Assembly: GCA_001643675.2 (NCBI GenBank)
Contig: LSRY02000061.1
Span: forward strand, 62,001 to 126,000
DNA from: Monocercomonoides exilis PA203
Lineage: Eukaryota > Protista > Preaxostyla
Length of the DNA: 64,000 nt
Direction: 5' to 3'
In this document: positions 1 to 11,400 of the stretch, in pieces
Layout: each line of letters begins with the position of its first letter
Position numbering within the stretch: the stretch's first letter is position 1
Notes under the pieces: generated by a model
Seen by the model: the letters and a program-made list of their open reading frames with translations, nothing else
The model's database searches: none
What the model was told of the DNA's origin: nothing
Translations under genes and position numbers: made by a program

Positions 1-1
1 A

Positions 2-1477
2 GAACAGGTCTCTTCATCTGTTTCTTCTATTTCTTCAAGTTCTTCCGAAAGCACAAAAGAACACACCAATATGAATTCCCCCAGTAAATATGCCCCCTTC
101 CTTCCTTTCTCATCGTCCTGCCCGCCAACCACAAACACATTCACATCTGCAACAGCAGCCGCAGAGTCAAGTGTTTCCATTCACTCTTGTTCTCTTCTTG
201 AGCCAGCACAGCGGCAGATTCTGAGAGAAAGAGAGGCCGAGCGAATGAAGAAGGAGAACTCAAAGAGGAGCTCAAAAAAGAACATGAAGGTGTTCAACAA
301 GAGCCTGATGAGTTTGTTTGGGATTAGTTTTTTGCTTCGCAGTGGAAGCGGCAGCAGCAATGCAGCTAACAGCAAGAAGCATTCGGGTGAGTCGTTTTAT
401 CCAACTGTCTCTTGTCGCACTCCTGTTTTGTCATCAAATGCATCATTTTCATCGTCTTCTTTGGCTTTTGGTGAAAAAGAAGAAGATTCCAGTGAAGAAG
501 AGAGCGATGGATTAGGATTTTTGAATAGCAATAGCAAGAACCAGAAGTGGAAGAAGAGGAGGAGGAGGAGAACGAAGAGGAGGAGGAAGATGAAGAAGGG
601 AAAAGGGAGTGCTGATTGTAGCTATGCTGATATTAGCAATGCAACTTGCATGTGCAACTTGAATGAAGCAGAAGTTGGACAAGATAGCGAACCGCTTCTT
701 GATCGACGGCAGCAGCTTCGTATGAAGGAGTCAATTATGAGCTCTGTTGGGAATGGTGGATTGGAAGGAAGAGAAAGAATTAGTGTGAAAAAAGAGGAGA
801 CGGAAGAGGAGGAGGAAGAAGAAGAAGAAGAAGTAGAGGAAGAGGAAGAGGAGGAAGAGGAAGATGATGAGTATGAGTATGAGTATGAGTATGAAGACGA
901 AGAAGAAGAGGAAGAAGAGGAAGATTATGAAGATTATGAAGAAGAAGAAACAGAAGAGGAGGAAGAGGAGGAGGACGATGAAGAAGAAGAAGAAGCAGAG
1001 AGAATTAGAAATCAGAAGTTTCTTTTTTGTGTGAAAGAAACATCAAAAAATGACAAAGAAGAAAAGGAAAGCGTCAAAATTGATGTTGTTGAGAAGGAAA
1101 AAGCATTTCCTAAAAAATATGCAGATAAAAAGGAAGAAGAAACATCAGATGAATTTGACGAGGTTGAAGTGACTGTAAATGATGAGTGTATTGCGAGTCA
1201 AACAACAACTGAATTTTGCGCGCCAAAGAAGAAAGCAGAAGATGATCAAAGACATTCTTTGGTGAATTCTCTTCCTTCTTCTTCTGCTGCTTCTTCTTCT
1301 GCTTCTGCAACAGCTGATTCTGTTATTGTTCATTCAACAGCGAATAACAAGGAATTAATAATGCAACATAATCTGAATGCAGAAGCCAATGAAACAGACC
1401 ATGTTTCGAGCACAGACAGTGAGTATGAGTATGAAGAATACGACGAATACACCGAAGTCGTCATTGGAACGCTGTAA
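2..1477 (+). CDS. 5'-partial low-complexity acidic/Ser-rich hypothetical protein
   Basis: The frame of ORF 71..1477 is open back to position 2. It has poly-E tracts with EYEYEY repeats, a basic KKRRRRR stretch and a TAA stop at 1475-1477, followed by AT-rich intergenic DNA. Confidence 0.8.
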   Translation, partial: EQVSSSVSSISSSSSESTKEHTNMNSPSKYAPFLPFSSSCPPTTNTFTSATAAAESSVSIHSCSLLEPAQRQILREREAERMKKENSKRSSKKNMKVFNKSLMSLFGISFLLRSGSGSSNAANSKKHSGESFYPTVSCRTPVLSSNASFSSSSLAFGEKEEDSSEEESDGLGFLNSNSKNQKWKKRRRRRTKRRRKMKKGKGSADCSYADISNATCMCNLNEAEVGQDSEPLLDRRQQLRMKESIMSSVGNGGLEGRERISVKKEETEEEEEEEEEEVEEEEEEEEEDDEYEYEYEYEDEEEEEEEEDYEDYEEEETEEEEEEEDDEEEEEAERIRNQKFLFCVKETSKNDKEEKESVKIDVVEKEKAFPKKYADKKEEETSDEFDEVEVTVNDECIASQTTTEFCAPKKKAEDDQRHSLVNSLPSSSAASSSASATADSVIVHSTANNKELIMQHNLNAEANETDHVSSTDSEYEYEEYDEYTEVVIGTL

Positions 1478-2096
1478 GACTTGCTAATAAAAGTCAGACA
1501 AATACATAATAGTGATGTATTTTTTTATATATACATAATACTTTTCTTTTGTTGTCCAGTCGGATATTTCTGTAGGAAATTAGTATTAGAGAAGTCAATG
1601 GTTGTGATGTTGGAGTATGATTGCCTTTACGTTTGAAGAACAGTTATGTTTCTAGGGTATAGAGCAAAAGAGACTTTTCATCTGTAATTTGTTTACCCAG
1701 CTGTTAATCCTATTTGGGTTTCTTTTTTTTTTTTATTTTTTTTTTTTCAATTATTTTACTGTTTTTCGTGAAAAGAAAAAAATAATGAATAGTTTTTTAT
1801 TTTTTATGTTCACTTTCAATATATAGAAATTTGTTATTTTATGTAATGAAACAATAGTATTATGAAACATCTTCATATGCTTTTTATTGAAATATGATTA
1901 TTTGTTTGTGATAATAGAGAAAAAATCAATGGTGCATGTTTCTTTTTTTCTTTCCAATAAATTTTAAAAAAAATTAATATACATATTGCAATTGAGATTT
2001 CTTGAATTTGAAATGAGATTTGTTCGATTTGAAAATTCGACTTTGAATATTTCATTCTCTTAATTTGTTATGTGATTACCGATCTGTTTTGTTGCT

Positions 2097-4115
2097 ATGA
2101 GAAGGTCTGACAGCAAAAGAAAGCGTCAAAGCAAATCATTAGCAAATGGAGTATGCGAAACACTAAAAAAACGAAAATTTTTAACAATAACTTTTCCTAT
2201 TTTTTTCGAAAAATTGCAATTCCGAAAAAGACGAGATGGGAGAATTTTAGACTTGCTGTTGGTCGCCTTTTAAACAGCGTTGTAATGCTTATTATTAGCG
2301 TTATTTTTAACGTTGTTTGCATAAGTCTATGCATTTGGATGATTATTGATATTGTATGTTCTTCTTTTCGATATTTTTGGGAAATTTTATTATTATTCTT
2401 GTTAAAGCAAACTCATCAAGGAATTATTTATATGATTCTTGATTTCATTGTCATATCGTGGCTTGGAATTGAAATCACTTTACGATTTATTGAAAAAGGA
2501 TGTGTATGCCTTTTTTGTTAAAAATTATATTCAATAATCCTTTTTTTTTCAGAGATTCTTCAAATCTTTTCTCAACATTGTTGATTCCGCAGTGTTCCTG
2601 TTATCCATTTTTATCCTTGTTGTCCAGCTTTGCGACTTTAGCTTCAAAGTATTTAAGAATTATGAAATATTGGGAATTTTCTGTGCAAGGGTCATTGTTG
2701 CTTTTTGGAGAATGATTGCAGTAATTCGGAGAATTCACGCTTCAATAAAAAAGAAAAAAGTTATTTCAAAAACCCCATTTTATGTTGTTGTACCATCGAA
2801 AAAAGGAGAGGGATTCGATACAAATTTCGAATATGTAACACAAAATGTTCTTTCTTCTTCTTCAATATCTTCACTCTCATTAGCGCCGAACGTTTCTCCG
2901 TCTCCTTCGCCAACTTATTCAAAAGGCTTCACCATATTTCCTCCCACAGCCACTTCATCTTTGGTTTCTCCTTCATCTGCATCAATTTATCCAAATCACA
3001 ACATTTCACCAATTCTTACCAATTCATCTCTTTTATCATCAAACTCGTCAACATCATCCACAGTCTTGCCTTCTTACCCGTATTATTCTTTGCCGGCATC
3101 TGTTGAGTCACAAGCACCTCGACCATTTCAACCATGCACATCTCCTGCTTCTGCCATTTCTTCTACAAACAATTCATTCCAGCAATCAAACAATTGCTAC
3201 ACTTCATTTGCTCCTTCAGCAGTCAATACTCCAGTTGAAAGTCGCAAGTATGTCGATACGATATCACTTACAAACGTCTCACTCGTTTCACACGATTCGC
3301 AGCAGCCTCAAACGTATTTCATGTCACAGCCCTCTTCGGCACCAGAGATGGGCAATGTTCAGGAGAACAGTTTGTATCTGCCTCAACAAGACTTTGACTC
3401 GTTGTCTGTTTCATCCTTCCCTTCAATCGCTGCAGGGTCAATCATTGGCAGCACTTATCTTGACAACACGTCTGTGCTCTCTTCTGATCAGCGGAGCATC
3501 CATCCTTCTCTGCTTGCCAATTCGTATCAGATTTCATATCAAGAGGGAGAAGGAGAGGGAGCGACGCCACAAACACCAGAGTTGAGTGTGCTTAACCAGT
3601 CGGCAGATACAATTGCAGAGGAAGAAGAGTTCGAGGAGGTGGAAGAGGAGAATTCGGAGGAAGGACTGGATGGTGAGGAAATTAATGAGTTGAAAGGAGA
3701 AGATGGAGAAGAAGAAGAAGAGGAGGAGGAGGAGGAGGGAGAGGGAGAGGAAGCAGGGAATGAAGGTGAAGGAGATGAAGGAAAAGAGCAAAGCAAAGGA
3801 GTTGATAATCAGTACGATAGGTATTCACAGCAGCGATTGTCTCAAATTGATAATTCTTCTCGTCACAGCCTGCACCATTCATATATGCTTCACAAACATC
3901 ATTTCGAAAACGGGAACAGAAAATCCAGTCATTCAGAGATTTATGCACCAGGAGCAGAAAATGAGCAGGGTGAAGAAGGAGAAGAAAAGAAGAGGGGAGA
4001 AAAGATGAATGGAAAACGAGAAGAAGCAGAAAGGATTCATCATTCGCATCGCTCGCATCATCATAGCCACAATCACAACCATCACCACCACCACAGACTT
4101 CACATTCAGGAATGA
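2097..4115 (+). CDS. Voltage-sensor-domain (S1-S4, Ion_trans-like) membrane protein with long disordered tail and His-rich C-terminus; 3 predicted introns (2151-2230, 2354-2407, 2504-2552)
   Basis: Splicing at GTATG...AG gives one continuous frame: four hydrophobic segments with LDFIVISWLGIEITLRFIEKGC|RFFKSFLNIVDSAVFLLS (S2 E-x3-R, S3 N-x2-D) and an S4-like ARVIVAFWRMIAVIRR. Intron 1 and the start codon are the least certain parts. Confidence 0.72.
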
Positions 4116-4902
4116 TTTGCTTGTGGAGAAAAAAGTGTGTGACAAAAGAGATTCTTTTTTTCATTGAAAGTTGGCTGATGTTGCGTTATTTTGCCATTGC
4201 TATTTGACTTTGCAGTGAAAAGTTTGTAATTTGAAGCTGATTTTCAGTGCTTTATATCTTTTTTGAATCCAATGCTCAATTGTCTATGGATGGTCATTCT
4301 GTGTTAGAATTGCTTTATTAATGTATATGTTGTAATTTTCGGAATAATGTTTTATTTCACACAATATTTCTTCCTTTTTTTTTTATTGAGTTTATTTTCT
4401 GAGGCATAATGTTTGTTCAATTATCAGAGATAGTTTTTTTTTAAAAAAATGTCAATTTATGCTTTTTTTGAAAAAGAAAGAAAGAAAGAAAGAAATTGTC
4501 TTATTTGTTACCAATTTATTTGTCTTGTTTTATCATGATATATTTCAAACAATAAAAATAATTTTTTTGTTTCGAGTTTTTCTTGATGGATAATTTATTT
4601 CATAGAGTCTGATATTCGAGAGTGTCACTTAATTTTTTTTATTATTATTTGTAGATGCGCATATTGTATAGAACAAACAAAAATTATATATTTCATTCTT
4701 TAAAGATTTTTTTAAAGTGTTTTCTTAAAAATTGATTTGAAATTATTAATAATTCGAAAAAAAATTGAACGGAAAGAAATAGATAAAATTTCCAAATTTT
4801 TTGCTAAAACAGGTTGTCAGTCCAAAATATCTATTTCATTTCGTGAAGAGAAATATCCAATGCACGAAGCTCAAGCAGAACCCAATATATAATTTATTGA
4901 TA

Positions 4903-7169
4903 ATGTGTTCTGTGATTGAAGAACTCACAGCCGCTATTATCAGACCTCCAAGGTACGTGTATACTGAAAACGATCTCGGACCTTCGGTTGGGATAATAAG
5001 AGGGTTGGAGGTTCATCGTAGGGAATTTGAGGTAACTTTTAATTTTTCTTTTGCATATTAAATCAGTAATTTTTTTTCAAGATATCTGATCGAAAAGGAG
5101 AAGCATTGAAATGCTCTCTTTTCTGTCCGGCAACTTTTGGCCCAGAAGATCACGACTACCCTTGTATTGTTTATTGCCATGGAAATGCAAGTATCAATTT
5201 TTATTGTCGAATCAATTTTGTAAAAGCTCTTTTTCAGGTTGCAGATTAGAGTGTTTTAAAGTGGTTCAAATCGCTCTTCCAGAAGGATTTTGTGTTGTTA
5301 GTTTTGATTTTGCTGGCTGTGGAAATTCTGAAGGTAAGACAGTTTATGTTTTGAAATGTTGTGAGAATTAATTAAAATTTTTGTTTATTGAAAGGTGAAT
5401 ACATTACGCTTGGCCTTGATGAGCAATTTCAGCTTCAATTTGTTGTTGAGTACATCAGAAGGGAGTTTTTATTTCAAAGAATAGGTATTTCAATTTTTAA
5501 AAGCGTTTGGATGCGAGCATCAAGAACTTTATTTATTAATTATTGTTTGTTAGTTATATGGGGTCGAAGCATGGGAGCTTCAACGGCTTTGCTTTATTCA
5601 GGAAGGGATCAGAGTTTGAATGGAATAATATTGGATTCTCCATTTGCTTCATTGAAACAGCTTGTCGATGACATGGCCGAGCAGGTTGCTGTATGAACAA
5701 TTTTGTATTTTTGTGAAGTCATAAAGGTGAAATTTACGATGCTTAGATACCTTGTGCTTGCTGTCTTCTTCCATTTGGCAGATCACTGGTTAAGTCAAGA
5801 GTGAAGAAAAGAACAGGGCTTGATATAGAGTATGACCTCAATATAGAATGAAAATCACTTCATTGTGCTTCTAATTATTCTAACTTCTTTTTGATTATGT
5901 TTTCATTAAAAATAATTTTTTATCATTATTGATATTAAAAATAGTAATCTTCGTCCAATTGAAGCTGTTCATCGATCAACAGTCCCACTTGTGATTGGTC
6001 ATGGCAAAGATGATAGGCTCATCAGCATTGCCCAATCAACTGAAATGTATTTTCTTTGTTTTTTCAGTAATACCTTTCTTCATTACACAATGTTTTCTGT
6101 TTCACAATTTGATAATTGACGATTACATTTTCTTTAATCTTGATCGTTCGACTTCAGTTTCAACAGCTATCCATGCCTCGACAAGCAGTTCTTCATCTTG
6201 CCTGGAGACCACAATGCATCTCGTCCTCAGTCTTTCTTCCAGCACGCGCTGCTCTTCGTGCTCCGTGTCTGTGGCGGAGGCAGAGGCGGAGGCAACAGCA
6301 CAGGCGACAGAGACAACGAAGCCCCCATTTCAATGAACCCTGCTTTTGTTTCTTCGCTGCCTCTTTCGTCTTCAGCCAGATCTGCATCTGCAGCTAAGAC
6401 TGCAGCTGCGGCTGCAACAACAACAACAACAGCTTCTTCTTTCACTTTGGCTGCGAATCCTGCTGAGGATCATTTTGACAGCTCAGATGCTTCGAATTCC
6501 AAGCTCAATGCTCCATCGGCGAAAGAAGAAAGCGGGGAAGAAGAAGTGCGAGCGTTGTCTGCTTTGCCTAATCCATCTGTCTACTCTTCGTCATCAGAGC
6601 CATCTCTGCCTCCTTCGACCAGCCGTCTCCTTTCTGCGACTCCATCTCACGCTTCATCTTCATCTGCCTCTGCCTCTGCCTCTGCCTCTGCCTCGGTTTC
6701 TTCTTCTTCTTCTTCTACTTCTTCTTCTTCTGGAGGCTCATTTATTTCGCACACTCCTTCGGCTCTTGTGGCTTCAACGAAAAATATACAGAAATCAAAA
6801 GGGCATATTCCACTTACTGATGATGCTAATCTTTACATGCGTGTGGAGGAAGGAAAGGAGTCAGCAGAATATGTTGAAAGAGAGAAAGAATTGGAACTGA
6901 AAGATTCAAAAAGCTCGTCAATTCTTCCACCAAATATTGCAATAACTCAGCAGACGATGAATAGAATGACGCCACCTACGCTGTTTGAGAGTGATAATCA
7001 ATCTGCCTCACGCCCAGCTTCTTATAATTCTGCTTTGTCTGTTTCGGCAACTTCTGTTTCGTCGTCTCCATTGCAATCTCCTTCATCTCCTGCATTATCT
7101 CAGTCTTTTTCTTCATCTCAGATTTCACATTCACAAAATGAGCTATCTATTCCTCAACCAAGCTCCTAG
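4903..7169 (+). CDS. Alpha/beta-fold serine hydrolase (ABHD/YqkD-like) with Ser/Ala-rich tail; 7 introns (5032-5081, 5191-5237, 5334-5394, 5485-5553, 5685 or 5691-5746, 5830-5944, 6047-6157)
   Basis: The spliced product contains IIRPPRYVY, YCHGNAS, FDFAGCGNSEGEYITLG, nucleophile motif WGRSMG, ILDSPF, IGHGKDD (acid) and GDHN (His). All introns are GT-AG and keep the frame. Confidence 0.9.
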
Positions 7170-7906
7170 TCTTCTTCAGCACCTCATAATCTTAGTGGCC
7201 AACATCGTTATTGTTTTCTGCAAAAAGCACGAGATTCAATCACTTCATTTGGGTGTGAACTAATTTTTTGAGTGAATTTTTTTTTCGAATATACTTTGAA
7301 TTGATATTTATTGTGTTTTTTTTAATAATTTTTGAAATGAAGTATCATTCTTGAAGTGATATGAAATAGCACTTCAATTTGTTGATATTTTTTATTCGTA
7401 ATTTGTAATTTTCGCTATCTGTCTAACTCATGTTTCGTTTTAAGTTAATTATCTTTTCTTTCCTTTTTTAAAAGAATTTTAAGAAAAAAAAGAAAGAAAG
7501 AAACAACTACATACTTTCAATCATCGTTGGAAAAAAAATCAAAGATCAGACAATGTTCAAAATGAAAAAGATTGAAGGTATTTTTTAATATAAAAATCGT
7601 ACACCAAAAACAATTCCAAATGATTGCATGAGTTCAAAGAAAACTTAATGCGAAATATCATTAAAAAATCAATTTATAACACTTGACATTTCAAATAAAT
7701 CTGTGTGATTATTTTTGATTCCATATTTTCTCTCACCAATAATTTTATTTGAATATTCCCAATAAATATTGATAAATAACCACCAAAAAGTACTTGCCAC
7801 TTTTATGGAATGCTTGTTTTTAAATGCAATCTCAAACATTTTTTCCCTCTATTGTTGTGCATTTTTCATTTGAAAAAAAATTCCCCCCAAGAAATTAAAC
7901 ATTTAG

Positions 7907-9051
7907 GTACAAATATTTCATTTCAGGCATTTTCATAGAAAAATTATGCTCTTTTCTTTTTTTTTTATATATATATCAAAAAACACAATAAAAATAAGTC
8001 CATTTTTTGACATTCGTGAAATGTTGGTGAACTTTATGTTTTGATTTCAATGATGCCTGTTTACGGATATGAAAATCAAATTAATTTTGTTTTCTGAGAA
8101 AGCGAAATTAAGTTATAAGCGAAGCAATTTTTCAATGCCTTGTGCAAAAAAAACTTGAAAGAAACGTATTTTCCCCAATATTTATATTTTTTAAATAATT
8201 ATGTCTTTGATCAATTAATGAATTTTGATAAAACAAAAATTTCAAATATTTATTTGCTGTAATGTGCATTAATTATCATATTATCAAATTTTTAAGTTAT
8301 TTGAATAAAAATTAAATCATCATTATTTTCCAAGGTTGAATGTTTATTAACCTTTGAATCAATTATTCTATTATTCTTTTCTCTTTATTTCACCAATTCG
8401 AAACAAACTTTCACTTGAAAATACTGACAAAGATTTTTCTTTTCAAACCGGTTCACTTTTATTAATGAAAAAGCATACAAGTTGTTTTTTTAAAAATCTT
8501 GAAGAATCATTATGTTTGCAAATTTTGAAAGATTTTTCTTTGAATTTTTAAGTAGTTTCGTATTTGTTCAGCTTCTTTATTTGTTATTCAATTTCGCATG
8601 TGATCTAATTTATGCAAAAAAATGAAATAAAAACAATGTGGATGAGAAAAAGATGCTTTTTGTTCGCATCAACTATTTCAACAAAAGATTTATTTTTTTG
8701 TGTTCGATGTTAACATATATTTTTTCTTTCAGGTGAGTGATTTATTTAGATATCGAACCTTTTTGTAAAAGTTGAATTTTCAAATTAAGGGAAATACGTT
8801 TCTTTCAAGTTTTTTTTGCACAAGGCATTGAAAAATTGCTTCACACATAACTTTATTTCACTTTCTCAGATTTCAAAATAAATTTGATTTTCATATCCGT
8901 AAACAGGCATCATTGAAATCGAAACATAAATCATTGTGTCATTTCACTAATTTCAAAAAATGGACTTATTTTTATTGTGTTTTTTGATACAAAAAAGATA
9001 AAGAAAAGAGTATAATTTTTCAATGAAAATGCCTAAAATAAAATATTTTAC
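7907..9051. mobile_element. MITE/foldback-like non-coding element with ~270-bp imperfect terminal inverted repeats (7907-8176 / 8788-9051)
   Basis: The arms are reverse complements, e.g. GATTTCAATGATGCCTGTTTACGGATATGAAAATCAAA vs TTTGATTTTCATATCCGTAAACAGGCATCATTGAAATC. The AT-rich spacer is non-coding. The flanks ACATTTAG / ACATTTGA may be a decayed 8-bp TSD. Confidence 0.7.
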
Positions 9052-9062
9052 ACATTTGATTC

Positions 9063-9359
9063 AATGATGGCCAAAGCATTTCGAAAAGTAGCCAGCGAAC
9101 TGATGAAAGACGCAAGAATCCCTTCGAACAACAGCCTGTGCACCTTGAAACACGCATCGATATCAGCCTCAACAATGTGGGAACACCAGTTGAACAGGTG
9201 ACAAAATTCGCAAGATTATCCCCCAGAAGCAACACAGTGATCAAACATCATTTCAAATCCAATATCTCAAACAAGATGGCCCTGATAATTGCATCGAATC
9301 AGGAGACAAAGAAATCAATTCAACAGCCTTCCGCGGTTCCTCCATCCATAACTTCCTAA
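9063..9359 (+). pseudogene. C-terminal remnant of a tyrosine recombinase (DIRS/Crypton-like)
   Basis: It reads AFRKVASELMKDARIPSNNSLCTLKHASISA, then a frameshift near 9170, then NVGTPVEQVTKFARLSPRSNTVIKHHF. This matches the YR box II layout, with His at the expected catalytic Tyr position. Confidence 0.6.
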
Positions 9360-9662
9360 GAAGAAAAGGATTCCATTGTCTCCGTCAGAGAGCAAGCATA
9401 TTTGTCAGCATCTCATGAAACAGAGAAAGAAAATGAGCAGATCTCACAACCAGACTATATCGAAGTGTCAGATAATGATGAGTCTTTGCCTATTCATGAA
9501 AATCAGGAAAACACCAATAACAATGAAAACGAAAAGAACGAAAACAGAATCATTGAAGAAAAATGCATCTAGTTTATTATTCGAACAAGATCACAGAGAC
9601 GAAAAGAAATGATGGAAAGAGACAATTCGGAAAGCAATCCATAACGCCCAATTTCTGCAAAT

Positions 9663-9992
9663 TCTCAAATCGAAGAGAAGAAAGTGAATTTCAAGTTTTC
9701 TTGGAAATCAAAATGCTTGTGTTTTGATTGAAAAAGAAAATATGAAATTCACTTTCTTCTCTTCACCCACCGCTTTTTCACTCCCACCTTGTAAATTAAG
9801 TTTTGAACTTTCTCAAATGCAATACCAACCCAAAACCCAGTTTGAAACCCATTTCACCTTATTCTTTTCAAGCGCAATTTGCATTTTTCGCGCATTTTCC
9901 TCACTTCATTTTTGAATCAGATTCGCATGTGTGACTGACCCTTAAGTGATGCTCTCAGATCGAATAGAAGAAAGTGAATTTCACGTTTTCTT
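9663..9992. repeat. Three copies of a ~31-40-bp motif: direct 9663-9702 and 9953-9992, inverted 9734-9764
   Basis: Core GAAGAGAAGAAAGTGAATTTCA-x2-TTTTCTT, with 2-3 mismatches between copies. Confidence 0.8.
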
Positions 9993-10213
9993 TTTAATAA
10001 TATTCTGCAATAGAATTTTTATTATTTTTATTTCGTTCTTTCTTTTCTTTTCCTAGCATTAGCATAGAATAAGCATACCCAATATTTTTGATTCTTTCGA
10101 TCATTTTTGCAATATATTGCATACGAGGTTTAAGAATATTATGTTCTTAGTCTGCGCTTTGCATCCACTTGACAAAATAAAAAATATAATTTTTTCTCAT
10201 AATCACATAAAAA

Positions 10214-11400
10214 ATGGGTTTGATCACAAAATTTTTGTCGATCAAAAATTTTATGTCTTGGAAAAAACCATTCAAAAAGGAATGCCATGCGCTGTATGAA
10301 ACATTTTCATCTGAAGAATCATCCTGGAAATGGATACAACAATATTTACAAAAAGTTTTTGCAGTTTGTCAACACTGCAAAAAAGACAAATATATCTGTA
10401 AAGAAAGGGGACATTCAAGATTCCTGAAGTGCCCAAAGTGTAAGAAAAGTGTTTTTTGCTTTCAAAATACAACTTTTGACTCTTCAAAATTGCCAATTTC
10501 TACTGTGATGATGATTCTTTTGATGTTTTGGCTTGAAATCAAAGAATGGCAAATTGGCATGATGTGAAATACATCACAAATGACGATTGGGTACTGGACA
10601 AGTGTTGCAAGGTCGACAGCGTTAAATTACGTAAATTACATAAATGAAAAAATTGGAGGGGCAGGCAAAATAGAAGAAATTGATGAAGCAGCATGGAGGA
10701 GACGGAAATACAAAAAAGGTATTTACATCGAATATCAATTACAAAAAACATAAATATTGATTGATTTGCCTTGAAAATAACTATATTTTGAATTAGGAAA
10801 GCAGAAAAAATTGATGTGGATATTTGGAGCTGTCGAACGAAAAGTCAATGAAGAATTAAGAAAAAAAAATAACATTCATTGTGCCCAAAAAAAAAGAAAC
10901 TTATATCCCAATGCTTAAAAAAAATCGAAACAAAAAAGGAACAACAATAATCAGCGACGAGTGGAAAGCATACACTTGCTTAGGAGAAATTGGTTACACC
11001 CACCAAACAGTCTGCCACAAACGTTATTTCGTTAATCCTGTTACGAAAGCCAATACAAATACAATCGAAAAAATGTGGACATATTTTCTATCTTTTTTCC
11101 CAAGATAAAGAGTAATAGAGCGATTCATTCCTGGAGTGCTTGTAACATTCATTGTGAAAAGATCAGGTTTTTTATCCTACGGAAAATTCATTTTAAAAGC
11201 TATATATTTTCAATCTGAAGATAACTTTATATTCGGATTGAAAATTGTAATGAAAACGAAGATATTTCAGATATAAATGATATCTTTGGAATTGAAGATG
11301 AAGAGAACACAAAAGAAGAATTCAAAAAATATCATTAAACAAGGATTCAGATTTATTTGGAACAGAAACAGGAGAAGGTTCTTCGGAATTTGAACCATTA
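10214..11400 (+). mobile_element. Decayed Merlin/IS1595 (ISXO2-like) DDE transposase, intron-containing
   Basis: It has a CQHC...CPKC zinc ribbon, IGGAGKIEEIDEAAWRRRKYKKG|KQKKLMWIFGAVERK, IISDEWKAY, HQTVCHKRYFVNPVTKANTNTIEKMW and an acidic tail. Defects are an in-frame TGA at 10565, a frameshift in the A-run at ~10861 and a TAA at 11106. There is a GT-AG intron at 10719-10796. Confidence 0.88.

Noticed and set aside
9663-9992. CRISPR-like array
   Set aside because: Only three copies in mixed orientation with irregular spacing, no cas genes, and a eukaryotic context.
10565-10567. In-frame TGA codons (here and at 44.9-45.3 kb) as stop-codon reassignment or selenocysteine
   Set aside because: They occur in regions that also have frameshifts or TAA stops, while intact genes of thousands of codons have no internal TGA and some end in TGA.
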